Source of the DNA: an uncultured delta proteobacterium
GTDB taxonomy: Bacteria; Myxococcota_A; Polyangia; Polyangiales; Polyangiaceae
Reading direction: 5' to 3'
Length of the DNA stretch: 64,000 bases
NCBI GenBank assembly: GCA_963806225.1
Contig: CAWDXG010000001.1
Location: forward strand, 192,001 to 256,000
This document shows, one piece after another, positions 18,924 to 27,947 of the stretch. How positions within the stretch are numbered: position 1 is the stretch's first letter; each line of letters begins with the position of its first letter. Under the pieces are notes generated by a model. That model was not told the DNA's origin. It saw nothing but the letters and a program-made list of their open reading frames with translations, and made no database searches. A program made the translations under genes and the position numbers.

Positions 18924-19688
18924 ATGCGAGAGCCCCTCGTCCTGAGCCTGCTTGCCGGGGTCTTCATCGGAGGCGCAGCGGGGTATCTCGGCTCCTTGAT
19001 GTTGAGCCGTAGGATGGCGTTGGTGGCTGGTCCGCTGGGCCATCTGACCCTGCCGGGCATCGCCCTGGCTCTGATCTACGGCTTCGACGTATCGGTCGGG
19101 GCCTTTCCGTTCGTCATTGCCGGTGTGGTCGCGATCTGGCTGCTCGAGATGAAGACCAAGCTACCGATGGAGGCCCTGACCGCGCTCGTCTTCGCAACCG
19201 GCGTAGCGATCGCCTTCCTGTTCCTGCCCATCCAGCAGGCGGAAGCGGCTTTGGTCGGCGACATCTCGAAGACCGGCCCCGCCGACGCGGCGCTCGCCGT
19301 GGGCGCGTCCCTGGCGCTGGCGCTCGTCGTGTACCGCGCGTACCCGAAGCTCGTCCTCATCAACATCTCGGAAGACCTGGCAGCTTCCGAGGGGATCAAC
19401 GTCCGGCGCTACAATCTGCTCTACCTCCTGCTCATCGCGGTGATCGTCGCGCTCGGCGTGAAGATGGTGGGCGGCCTGCTGACCGCGGCGCTGGTGGCCA
19501 TACCCCCGGCGGCAGCCCGGAATGTCGGGAAGAACCTCGGGCAGTACGCTCTCGGAGCGGCCGCGATCGGCACGCTCTCCGCCGCGGCAGGTGTCGCGCT
19601 GTACGCCGTCACGGGTTTGCCGGCTGGACCGCTGGTCGTCCTGGTGAGCGCCGGTATCTTCCTCTTCACATTGCCGTTCGCGAGGTAG
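18924..19688 (+). CDS. znuB: Zn/Mn ABC transporter permease (ZnuB/ABC-3)
   Basis: RRMAL...LGH..LPG, G.KMVG.LL..AL..IP.AAAR; multiple TM segments. Confidence 0.85.
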   Translation: MREPLVLSLLAGVFIGGAAGYLGSLMLSRRMALVAGPLGHLTLPGIALALIYGFDVSVGAFPFVIAGVVAIWLLEMKTKLPMEALTALVFATGVAIAFLFLPIQQAEAALVGDISKTGPADAALAVGASLALALVVYRAYPKLVLINISEDLAASEGINVRRYNLLYLLLIAVIVALGVKMVGGLLTAALVAIPPAAARNVGKNLGQYALGAAAIGTLSAAAGVALYAVTGLPAGPLVVLVSAGIFLFTLPFAR

Positions 19689-19710
19689 GCCGCGCGAAGA
19701 CGCAGCGGCT

Positions 19711-20322
19711 TCAGCGCTGCTTTTTGCGCTTCTTGCCCTTGGCCGGGCCGGCCGGAGCGCCCCCGGGCGGGCTGCCGGCGCCCTCGGGGCGTACTCGAGC
19801 CGGTGCGCCCTTTTCCGGGCGGTCGGTGCGATCGCGCCGCTCGCCGCGATCGCGCCGATCCCGGTCGCGGCGCCACATGCCCCGCGGGCCTTCTGGACCC
19901 CACGGGCCGCGCGCTCGCGCTCCGGGACGCGGCGGAGGCGGCCGCCGCGCGGCCATCTCCGACATCGTCTTCAGCACGAGCTCTACGCTGCTGGCGTACT
20001 CTGCCGGGGTGATGTCGTTGTTTGCACGGGCTTCGCATAGCCGGAACAGGAGCACGTCCAGCGTCTTCGCGGCTCCCGCGCCGCGCTTCCCGGCCCGGCC
20101 GGCCCGCTTGCCGTGTTTGCCCTTGGCGGCACCCCCGGTGCGCAGCGTGCAGCTGCGCGACGAGCTCGCGCTCTGCCGCGCGATCGTCAGCGCGCCGGGC
20201 GTGGCGACGACATACGTGCCCGACTCCGCGAGAGCAACCGAGTTGACCCTGAGGTGGTGCGCGCAGCCGCTGGCGAGCAGTAGCAGTGTCGCAAAACCGA
20301 TGCTTGTGCCGAGGAATTTCAT
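19711..20322 (-). CDS. Hypothetical lipoprotein
   Basis: Lipobox ASGC; LFRLCEA..N..I motif; basic, low-complexity tail. Confidence 0.55.
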   Translation of the reverse strand: MKFLGTSIGFATLLLLASGCAHHLRVNSVALAESGTYVVATPGALTIARQSASSSRSCTLRTGGAAKGKHGKRAGRAGKRGAGAAKTLDVLLFRLCEARANNDITPAEYASSVELVLKTMSEMAARRPPPPRPGARARGPWGPEGPRGMWRRDRDRRDRGERRDRTDRPEKGAPARVRPEGAGSPPGGAPAGPAKGKKRKKQR

Positions 20323-20410
20323 TTCTTCATCTTGTCGTCGTCCGATCGACAATTCGCTCTCATACGCCCGCCGTCATCCCGCGGCAATGGCATGCCTCGG
20401 TCTGCCTGGG

Positions 20411-21608
20411 TCAGCGAGCAGGCTTTTCGACCCAGCCTGCGAAGACGACATCGAACGCGTGCCGCGCGATCATCACGTCCTCGTCGGTCGGGATGACGCG
20501 CACCACGGTACGGCTGTCGGCGGTGGTCAGCGGATCAGCGCCGCGCTCGTTCCGCTCCCGGTCGAGCACGACGCCGAGGTGCTCGAGGCCGCTCGCGACC
20601 TCCCAGCGCACGGGCGCTGCGCGCTCGCCGATGCCGCCGGTGAACACCAGCAGATCGAGCCCGCCCAGCGCAGCCGCGAACGCGCCGATGAACTTCCGGA
20701 CCTGGTAGGCGAACATGCGCACGGCGAGCGCGGCGTCGGGGTCTTCCGGGCGCCGCTCGAGCAGCGTCTTCATGTCCGGGCTCGTGCCCGAGACGCCGAG
20801 CAGCCCGGACTGCCGGTTCACCAGCCGGTCGAGCGCGTTGGCGTCGAGCCCGCGCTCGCGCAGGAGGTAGACGAGCACGCCCGGGTCCAGATCGCCGCTG
20901 CGCGTGCCCATCATGAAGCCGCCGGTCGGGCAGAGCCCCATCGTGGTGTCGATGCTCCGGCCTTCGCGCACGGCGGCCAGGCTGGCGCCGTTGCCGAGAT
21001 GAGCGATGACGACGCGCGATGGCGGCGTCGGCCCGAGCCGCCGCAGGATGTATTCGTACGACAGTCCGTGGAAGCCATAGCGGCGCACGCCCGCTTCGTA
21101 GAGCTCGCGCGGAAGGGCAAACCGCTCTGCAACGTCCGGCATCGCGCGGTGGAACGCCGTGTCGAAGCACGCGACCTGCGGCACGCCGGGCAGCCGCTTG
21201 CCCGCTTCGCGGATGCCGGCGATGCCGCCGGGAAGGTGCAGCGGCGAAAGCGGCACCAGCGCCTCGAGCTCGTCGAGCAGCGCGCTGTCGACCCGCTCCG
21301 GCGCGACGTGGTGAGCGCCACCGTGCACGATGCGATGCCCCACGGCTTGTGCCGGCGGCAGCCCCAGGTCGTCGAGCTCGTCGAGCAGCGCGCCGAGGGC
21401 GCCCGGCGTGCGAGCGGCGTCGCCGGACAGCGCACGCGAGAACGTCCTTGCCGGCGCCACGCAGCCGGAGCTGCGCTTCCGGCGTGTCGAGATGCTCGGC
21501 GGCGCCGGCGGCAAGCTGCTCCTCGCCGGCGGCGCTCACGCGGTAGAGCGCCGCCTTGCGGGACGACGACCCGCTGTTCAAGGCGAGGACGACGTGTTCC
21601 GCGCTCAC
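20411..21608 (-). CDS. ackA: Acetate kinase with an apparent frameshift at ~21400-21445
   Basis: [10 protein letters not shown] in one frame; [40 protein letters not shown] and FTGGIGE in the other. The GTG start overlaps the xfp stop. Confidence 0.9.
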
Positions 21609-23992
21609 TTCGCCGGCCACGTCCAGTTCTGGATCTCCGGGCGATCGACGCCGTGCTCGTCCGCGTAGCGCACGTGCTCGAAGATCTGGTCCTTGAGCCA
21701 CTCCTTGACGTGCGCGGCTTTCGATTCGAGCCCCGGCACGCGATCGATCACGTCGACGGCCAGGTTGAAACGATCGGTCTGGTTGGCGATCGCGAGCTGC
21801 AGCGGCGTGTTGATGTTGCCGACTTCCTTGTAGCCGCGCACGTGGAGGTTACCGTGGTTGGTACGTCGGTAGGCGAGCTTGTGGATCAGCCACGGGTAAC
21901 CGTGGAAGTTGAAGATGATGGGCCGGTCCGTGGTGAAGAGCGTGTCGAAATCGCGATCGGACAGGCCGTGTGGATGCTCCGTGTCGGGTTGCAGCTTGAA
22001 CAGGTCGACCACGTTGACGAAGCGGATCTTGAGCGAAGGCAGCTTTTCGCGCAGCAGCGCCACCGCCGCCAGTGCCTCGACGGTCGGCACGTCGCCGGCG
22101 CCGGCCATCACCACGTCGGGCTCCTCCCCGCCGTCGTTCGATGCGAAGTCCCAGAGACCGATACCGCGCGCGCAGTGGCGGGCCGCGGCGTCCATGTCGA
22201 GCAGCTGCGGGTGTGGCTGCTTGTCGGCGACGATCACGTTCACGTAGTCGACGCTGCGCAGGCAGTGGTCGGCCACGCTGAGCAGGCAGTTCGCGTCGGG
22301 CGGCAGGTAGATGCGCGTGACGATGGCGCGCTTGTTCGTGATGACGTCGATGAAACCCGGATCCTGGTGGGTGAAGCCGTTGTGATCCTGGCGCCATACC
22401 GTGGAGCTGATCAGGATGTTCAGCGACGAAACCGGCGCGCGCCAGTCGACTGCCGTCTTGCACTTCTCCAGCCACTTGGCGTGCTGGTTGACCATCGAGT
22501 CGATGACGTGCGCGAAGGCCTCGTAGGTGGCGAGCACGGCATGCCGGCCGGTCAGCACGTAGCCCTCCATCCAGCCCTCGAGCGTGTGCTCGCTCAGCAT
22601 CTCCATCACGCGCCCATCCGGCGACAGCTCGCCGCCGTCCTGGTCCTCGGGCAGGGTTTCCGCAAGCCACGTCTTCTTCGTCGCCTCGTACAGCGCCTGG
22701 AGCCGGTTCGACGCCGTCTCGTCGGGCCCGAACACGCGGAAGCTCGTCATGTTGTTCTTCATGACGTCGCGCAGGAACTGTCCGAGCACGAACGTGTTGC
22801 CGACGCGGCTCTGGCCGGGTCGCTCGACCTGCACCGCGTAGTCGCGGAACTCCGGCATGATGAGCGGCTTGCGCAACACTCCCCCGTTGGCGTGGGGGTT
22901 GGCGCTCATGCGGCGCGACCCCTTCGGCGGCAGCTCGGCCAGCTCCGGCACCAGCCGTCCGCCGTCCTCGAACAGCTCCTCGGGTCTGTAGCTCCTCAGC
23001 CACGTCTCCAGTGCCGCTAGATGCGAGGGGTTTTCGGCGACCTTCGTGATCGGCACCTGGTGCGCGCGCCAGAACCCCTCGACGCGATGGCCGTCGATCT
23101 CCTTCGGCCCCGTCCAGCCCTTCGGCGTGCGGAGCACGATCATCGGCCAGCGCGGACGCCGCGCCACGCCGCTGGTTCGCGCCTGGCGCTGCACCTCGGC
23201 GATCTCGTCCAGGCAGCGGTCGAGCGTTGCGGCCATGACCTGGTGCAGAGCGAGCGGGTCGTCCCCCTCGACGAATCGAGGCGCCCAGCCCGAGCCCATG
23301 AGCAGGCTCTCGAGCTCTTCGGGGGGTATGCGCGCGAGGATCGTCGGGTTCGCTATCTTGTAGCCGTTCAGGTGCAGGATCGGCAGCACCGCGCCGTCCC
23401 GCACCGGGTTCAGGAACTTGTTCGAGTGCCACGATGTGGCTAGTGGTCCGGTCTCCGCCTCGCCGTCGCCGATGACCGGCACCACGACCAGATCCGGGTT
23501 GTCGAACGCCGCGCCGAACGCGTGCGATAGGCTGTATCCCAGCTCGCCGCCTTCGTGGATGGAGCCGGGTGTCTCCGGCGTGCAGTGGCTGCCGATGCCG
23601 CCGGGAAACGAGAACTGCTTGAAGAAACGTGCGAGGCCGCGCTCGTCCCGGCTGCACTCCGGGTACACCTCGGAGTAGGTGCCCTCGAGGTAGGCGTTCG
23701 ACAGCACGGCCGGCGCGCCGTGCCCCGGTCCGGAAATGTAGAGCATGTCCAGGTCGCGCGCCTTGATGACGCGGTTCAGGTGCACCCAGACGAACGTCTG
23801 ACCGGGATCAGAGCCCCAGTGACCGAGCAGCCGGCGCTTGATGTGCTCCGGCGCGAGCGGCTCTTTCAGCAGGGGATTGTCCTGCAGGTAGAGCATGCCC
23901 ACGCACAGGTAGTTGCAGGCCCGGAAGTAGGCGTGCATCTTCCGTAGCTCGTCGTTCGACAGCGGTGCGGCGCTTTCGTCGCTGGGCGTCAT
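21605..23992 (-). CDS. xfp: Phosphoketolase (XFP family)
   Basis: [59 protein letters not shown]. Confidence 0.96.
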   Translation of the reverse strand: MTPSDESAAPLSNDELRKMHAYFRACNYLCVGMLYLQDNPLLKEPLAPEHIKRRLLGHWGSDPGQTFVWVHLNRVIKARDLDMLYISGPGHGAPAVLSNAYLEGTYSEVYPECSRDERGLARFFKQFSFPGGIGSHCTPETPGSIHEGGELGYSLSHAFGAAFDNPDLVVVPVIGDGEAETGPLATSWHSNKFLNPVRDGAVLPILHLNGYKIANPTILARIPPEELESLLMGSGWAPRFVEGDDPLALHQVMAATLDRCLDEIAEVQRQARTSGVARRPRWPMIVLRTPKGWTGPKEIDGHRVEGFWRAHQVPITKVAENPSHLAALETWLRSYRPEELFEDGGRLVPELAELPPKGSRRMSANPHANGGVLRKPLIMPEFRDYAVQVERPGQSRVGNTFVLGQFLRDVMKNNMTSFRVFGPDETASNRLQALYEATKKTWLAETLPEDQDGGELSPDGRVMEMLSEHTLEGWMEGYVLTGRHAVLATYEAFAHVIDSMVNQHAKWLEKCKTAVDWRAPVSSLNILISSTVWRQDHNGFTHQDPGFIDVITNKRAIVTRIYLPPDANCLLSVADHCLRSVDYVNVIVADKQPHPQLLDMDAAARHCARGIGLWDFASNDGGEEPDVVMAGAGDVPTVEALAAVALLREKLPSLKIRFVNVVDLFKLQPDTEHPHGLSDRDFDTLFTTDRPIIFNFHGYPWLIHKLAYRRTNHGNLHVRGYKEVGNINTPLQLAIANQTDRFNLAVDVIDRVPGLESKAAHVKEWLKDQIFEHVRYADEHGVDRPEIQNWTWPAK

Positions 23993-24172
23993 GGGTTCTC
24001 CCTGCGAAAAGTATCCCCGGGTTTTGTACGCGTGCCGGTTCAACGGCGCGTACGGCGTGGACCGTAGCGATTGGGCCGTTCCCCCCGCCTGTCAACGCTG
24101 CGGGCGGCCGCGAGCGGGCGGTGACCCGGCCGGCCGGCACCGGCACGGCGCCGGGCGTGGGCTTGCGCCGCG

Positions 24173-25210
24173 TCAGTTCGAGCAGACGACGTAGTGGCCG
24201 ATGCCCTGCGGCGGCGCCTTGTCGTCGTGGCCGGTACAGGTGCTGAAGCCGTATTTCTTGCAGTCCACGTCGAAGGGCACGCCTCCGTAGCAGAGGTGCG
24301 CGGTCGAGCCGGTACACGACTCGGCGCACGTGGTCGCGGCGGCGAGCGTGCAGCCCGGCGCGACGCAGAACGGGCCGTTCTTCGCGTCGCTCTGGCAGCC
24401 GAGGCCGACCGAGCTGCAGTCGAAGGTCTGCTTGAGCCCGTTGATGCACGCCTGCGCCGAGCCGTTTTCACACGGCGGCAGCGCGCCGCTGCATGTCTGC
24501 GTCGCGAGCAGGCACGTGGGCTGCCCGCTCTGCGTGCTGCACTGGGCGCCGAAGTTCGAGCAGGCCATGCCGTAGCCCACGCCGTTCACGCAGGTGTAGG
24601 CGAGGTCGCCTTGGCAACCGGATTGCCCCGATGTGCAAGAGCCCACCACCTTGCAGTCGGCGGTGTCCTTCACGAAGTCGCCGGTCGAGTCGTACATCTC
24701 GCACTGCCCGCCGAGTTTGCTGCAGCTGATGTAGTAGCCCTGCGCGCAGTTGATCGCGACGTTGTTCTGGCAACGCCAGCCTGTCTGCCCGGAGCACTGC
24801 GCTTGCGTCGTGAATCCGTAGCCCTGGCACAGATCGACTTCGCTGCAGTTCGTCGCGTTGGACGTGCAAGCCGTGCCGATGAACGCCTGCTGCAGGTTCA
24901 GCGTGACGCAGTCGGAGATCCGGGTGTCCGGGATGAACGGGGAGCAGCTTGCGCGCAGCACGCAGGTCTGTATGACCTTCTGGTTCATGTTGAGCGCGTC
25001 GCCGCACACCGGCGTGCCGCCGCTTCCCCCCGTTGCGGCCGTGCCGCCGCTTCCCCCGGTTGCGGCCGTGCCGCCGCCCGCGCCGGCGTTGCCCGCCTGG
25101 GCGCCGCCCGTGCCGGGCGTGACCTGGAAATTGTCGAGCCCAAGGACCGCGTTGCAGCCCGACGCCGCGGCCAGCCCCAGGGCGACCAGCAGAAATGCCC
25201 TGGGCCGCAT
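24173..25210 (-). CDS. Cys-rich lipoprotein
   Basis: Lipobox ASGC-NAVLGLDNF, Gly/Thr linker, many Cys repeats; TGATG overlap with the upstream gene. Confidence 0.75.
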   Translation of the reverse strand: MRPRAFLLVALGLAAASGCNAVLGLDNFQVTPGTGGAQAGNAGAGGGTAATGGSGGTAATGGSGGTPVCGDALNMNQKVIQTCVLRASCSPFIPDTRISDCVTLNLQQAFIGTACTSNATNCSEVDLCQGYGFTTQAQCSGQTGWRCQNNVAINCAQGYYISCSKLGGQCEMYDSTGDFVKDTADCKVVGSCTSGQSGCQGDLAYTCVNGVGYGMACSNFGAQCSTQSGQPTCLLATQTCSGALPPCENGSAQACINGLKQTFDCSSVGLGCQSDAKNGPFCVAPGCTLAAATTCAESCTGSTAHLCYGGVPFDVDCKKYGFSTCTGHDDKAPPQGIGHYVVCSN

Positions 25211-26226
25211 CAGAACCTCCCCGCGAGGCCCGCCCCGCCGAGGCCGACCCAGATGCGCGGGCGGCGCGCCTGCTCGTCCCGGCTCGGCTCGCTCGACGAG
25301 CCGGACGTGACGAACAGGTAGGTTGCGGCGATGACCGCCGCGGCGCCCACGCTGAAAGCGACCGTCGATCCGGTGCCGAGCGTGCGCGCGGTGTGCAGCT
25401 CGCCCGCGTACGCCTCGTTGCAGCGCGCGCCCGGGCACTTCTTGTCCAGATCGCTCTTCTTCGTGGCGGCGAGTATTCCGAGCACGGAGCCTGTGGCCAC
25501 GGCGGCCCCGCCGACCCCGAAGAGCACGTAGCTGACCGTGCGCTTCGTCGACGAGGGGGCGCTGCCACGTCCGGCTGCCGGAGCGTTGGGATCGGGCTCC
25601 AGCTCCAATCTCACCGTGGCGCTTCCGCCCTCGTCGAGGTGCACCTCGCGCTGCGCCGCCAGGTAGCCTGGCGCGCGTGCGACCACCACGCGCTTCCCGG
25701 GGTCGGTCGGACGCGGCGCTCCGACCATCGCCAGCGGCACGTGGGCTCCGTCGACCTCGACCTCTGGCTTCGCGCCGGCGGGCGCATCGAGGACGATCAC
25801 CAGATGTGCGATGCGCGGCAACGTGCTCTTCAACAGCTCCCGGGCGCGCGCCTGTGCTTCGAGGAAGGGCTTCGGCGCGTCCGGGGTGAGCTCGTCACGC
25901 ACGACGCGCTGCAGATTCTCGGTGCCGGCCACCAGCTTGCCGACCTGGACCTGGCAAGCGCCGAGCTGCTCCACGATGGTCGGCGCGGCGAACAGCGCTG
26001 CGGCGCGTTTGAGCTTCCCGATCGCGTCCTTGCAGTTGCCGGCCTGCGCGAGCAACACGCCCTGCGTGCCGAGATCGCGCGCCGCGGCGATGTCGGCGGC
26101 GGACGGCTTGTGGTGGCTCTGGGCGCTGGCGGGCCGCGCAGCACCCAGCACGAGCAGCAGCGCGAGCTGCGGGAGGGGGCGACGCGAGGCGCGCAGGCTG
26201 GGCTGGTGGGGTCGGGTGGGGGTCAA
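25210..26226 (-). CDS. TPR + PEGA-like domain protein
   Basis: Signal peptide, TPR-like helices, EVDG...DPG.RVVVARAPGY PEGA-like domain, hydrophobic hairpin, ends GLAGRF. Confidence 0.75.
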   Translation of the reverse strand: MTPTRPHQPSLRASRRPLPQLALLLVLGAARPASAQSHHKPSAADIAAARDLGTQGVLLAQAGNCKDAIGKLKRAAALFAAPTIVEQLGACQVQVGKLVAGTENLQRVVRDELTPDAPKPFLEAQARARELLKSTLPRIAHLVIVLDAPAGAKPEVEVDGAHVPLAMVGAPRPTDPGKRVVVARAPGYLAAQREVHLDEGGSATVRLELEPDPNAPAAGRGSAPSSTKRTVSYVLFGVGGAAVATGSVLGILAATKKSDLDKKCPGARCNEAYAGELHTARTLGTGSTVAFSVGAAAVIAATYLFVTSGSSSEPSRDEQARRPRIWVGLGGAGLAGRF

Positions 26227-26287
26227 GGGAGCTGGCGAAAATCCCCGATCGCAGAACCGATCGGGACGGAGCTTGCCCCGGTCTGCC

Positions 26288-27790
26288 TCAGAAACCCAGG
26301 TCGGGCTTCTTCGGCTTGGCTGGCGTGGAGGGGAGATCCACCACGTGCAACCTGTGGGACCGGCGGGCCTTGTGCTTCTTCTTGCCCGAGCTTACCGCCT
26401 TGCCGGAGGAAGTGTCTTCTCCGGTTTCGTCCTGACTCCCGGCTTCTTCTTCCGCGCCGGCGTCGTTTGGCTCTGCCGAAGCCGCTGGAGCCACCGAAAC
26501 AGCCGGCGCAGCGTTGGCGGAGGGGGCCGACGCCGCGAGGGTCGCCGAGGCGGCTGGCGCCGCGGCAGTGTCCTGGTCGCTGTCCTCGGTGGGGTGGCGG
26601 CCCGAGAAGGCCAGCAGAAACACCAGCACCCCCAGCACGAGTACCGCGCCGCTGCCGATCGCAACCGGCCACAGCGGGCGTCGCTCTCGACCAGTCGTAC
26701 CGAGCGTCAGGACGCCCGAGGTGCCGACCGTGCCGATCGGTTCCTCGGCGCCGCGCTTCAGTGTCGGCATCTCGTCCTCGTCGCCCGGGGGCAGCGGAGC
26801 CATGCTGTCGCGCACCGTGCCGTGGGCCAGGGTGCGCCCTCCCGCTACGAACTGCTGCAGGCTGCCCTCGGCCAGACCCGCCGCGATCGCCAGCGCTTCG
26901 GCCAGCTCGTCCGCGGTCTGGAAGCGGTTGTCCGGGTCGCGCGCGCACGCGAGCTGGAACCACGAGTCGAGCCCCGCAGGCAGCCCGGGCTGCAGATCCA
27001 GGATCCGCGGCAGCGGCTTCGTGCAGATGGCGAGCAGCAGATCGCCGAAGGCCTCGCCCTCGAATGCCAGATGCCCGGTGAGCATGTTGAAGGTCACGGC
27101 GCCCAGCGAGTACAGATCCGCGCGGTGGTCGAGCGTCTTGAGCCCGCGCACCTGCTCCGGGCTCATGAACTGCGGCGTGCCGAGCACCGTGCCGGTGCGC
27201 GTGGTCGACGTGCTCTCGTTGGCGTCGATCATCTTGGCGATGCCGAAATCGAGCACCTTGGCGATCTGTCCCGACTCGTCGTCCTCTGAACGCGCGAGGA
27301 AGATATTGGCGGGTTTCAGGTCGCGGTGGACGATGCCGAGCGCGTGAGCGCGCGACAGCCCGCGCGCCACCTGGCTCGTGATCCGGACGGCGTCGACCAG
27401 GGGCAGCGCGCCGTCGCGGAGCAGGCGTTTCTCGAGCGTCTCGCCTTCGAGCCGCTCCATCGCCATGTAGGGAATGCCGTCCTCGGTCTCGCCGGTGTCG
27501 TAGACCTGCACCGCGAAACGGGAACGCAGCCGCGCCGCGGCCGTGGCTTCCACCCGGAAGCGCTGGCGGGCCTCTCGCGATTGCGAGTAGGAGAGGGCCA
27601 CCAGCTTCACGGCCACGTTCTCTTCCAGGCCCAGGTGCACGGCCTGCCACACCGTCCCCATGGCCCCACGCCCGATCACCCGCTCGAGCCGGTATTTGTC
27701 GGCGATCAACTGCCCGGTCGTCCCGGAGACTTCCGGGATTTCCTCCTCCAGCTCCTCGCTGGCCTTCTGCTGTTGCTCGCTCTCGATCAA
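26288..27790 (-). CDS. Hanks-type Ser/Thr protein kinase, membrane-anchored
   Basis: GRGAMG, VAVK, HRDLKPAN, DFG, GTPQFMSPEQ; TM segment; ends KPDLGF. The start codon is uncertain. Confidence 0.93.
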   Translation of the reverse strand: MIESEQQQKASEELEEEIPEVSGTTGQLIADKYRLERVIGRGAMGTVWQAVHLGLEENVAVKLVALSYSQSREARQRFRVEATAAARLRSRFAVQVYDTGETEDGIPYMAMERLEGETLEKRLLRDGALPLVDAVRITSQVARGLSRAHALGIVHRDLKPANIFLARSEDDESGQIAKVLDFGIAKMIDANESTSTTRTGTVLGTPQFMSPEQVRGLKTLDHRADLYSLGAVTFNMLTGHLAFEGEAFGDLLLAICTKPLPRILDLQPGLPAGLDSWFQLACARDPDNRFQTADELAEALAIAAGLAEGSLQQFVAGGRTLAHGTVRDSMAPLPPGDEDEMPTLKRGAEEPIGTVGTSGVLTLGTTGRERRPLWPVAIGSGAVLVLGVLVFLLAFSGRHPTEDSDQDTAAAPAASATLAASAPSANAAPAVSVAPAASAEPNDAGAEEEAGSQDETGEDTSSGKAVSSGKKKHKARRSHRLHVVDLPSTPAKPKKPDLGF

Positions 27791-27947
27791 GGTGGGGGAC
27801 CCTCTACGACCTCGGGGGATCGGAACACACCATTGTACGCGTGGTGAAGACGCCCGCCCTCCAGCTCGGCATGGTACCTGTAATCCGGCAACAAGTCCTG
27901 TAATTCCCCTGGGTTGAGCACTCTGGAAAAATCCGGTTCCGCTCCAA

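Noticed and set aside
19724..23020. 1098-aa plus-strand ORF
   Set aside because: It is the antisense shadow of xfp/ackA. Long stop-free antisense frames are expected in high-GC coding DNA, and it has no recognisable motifs.
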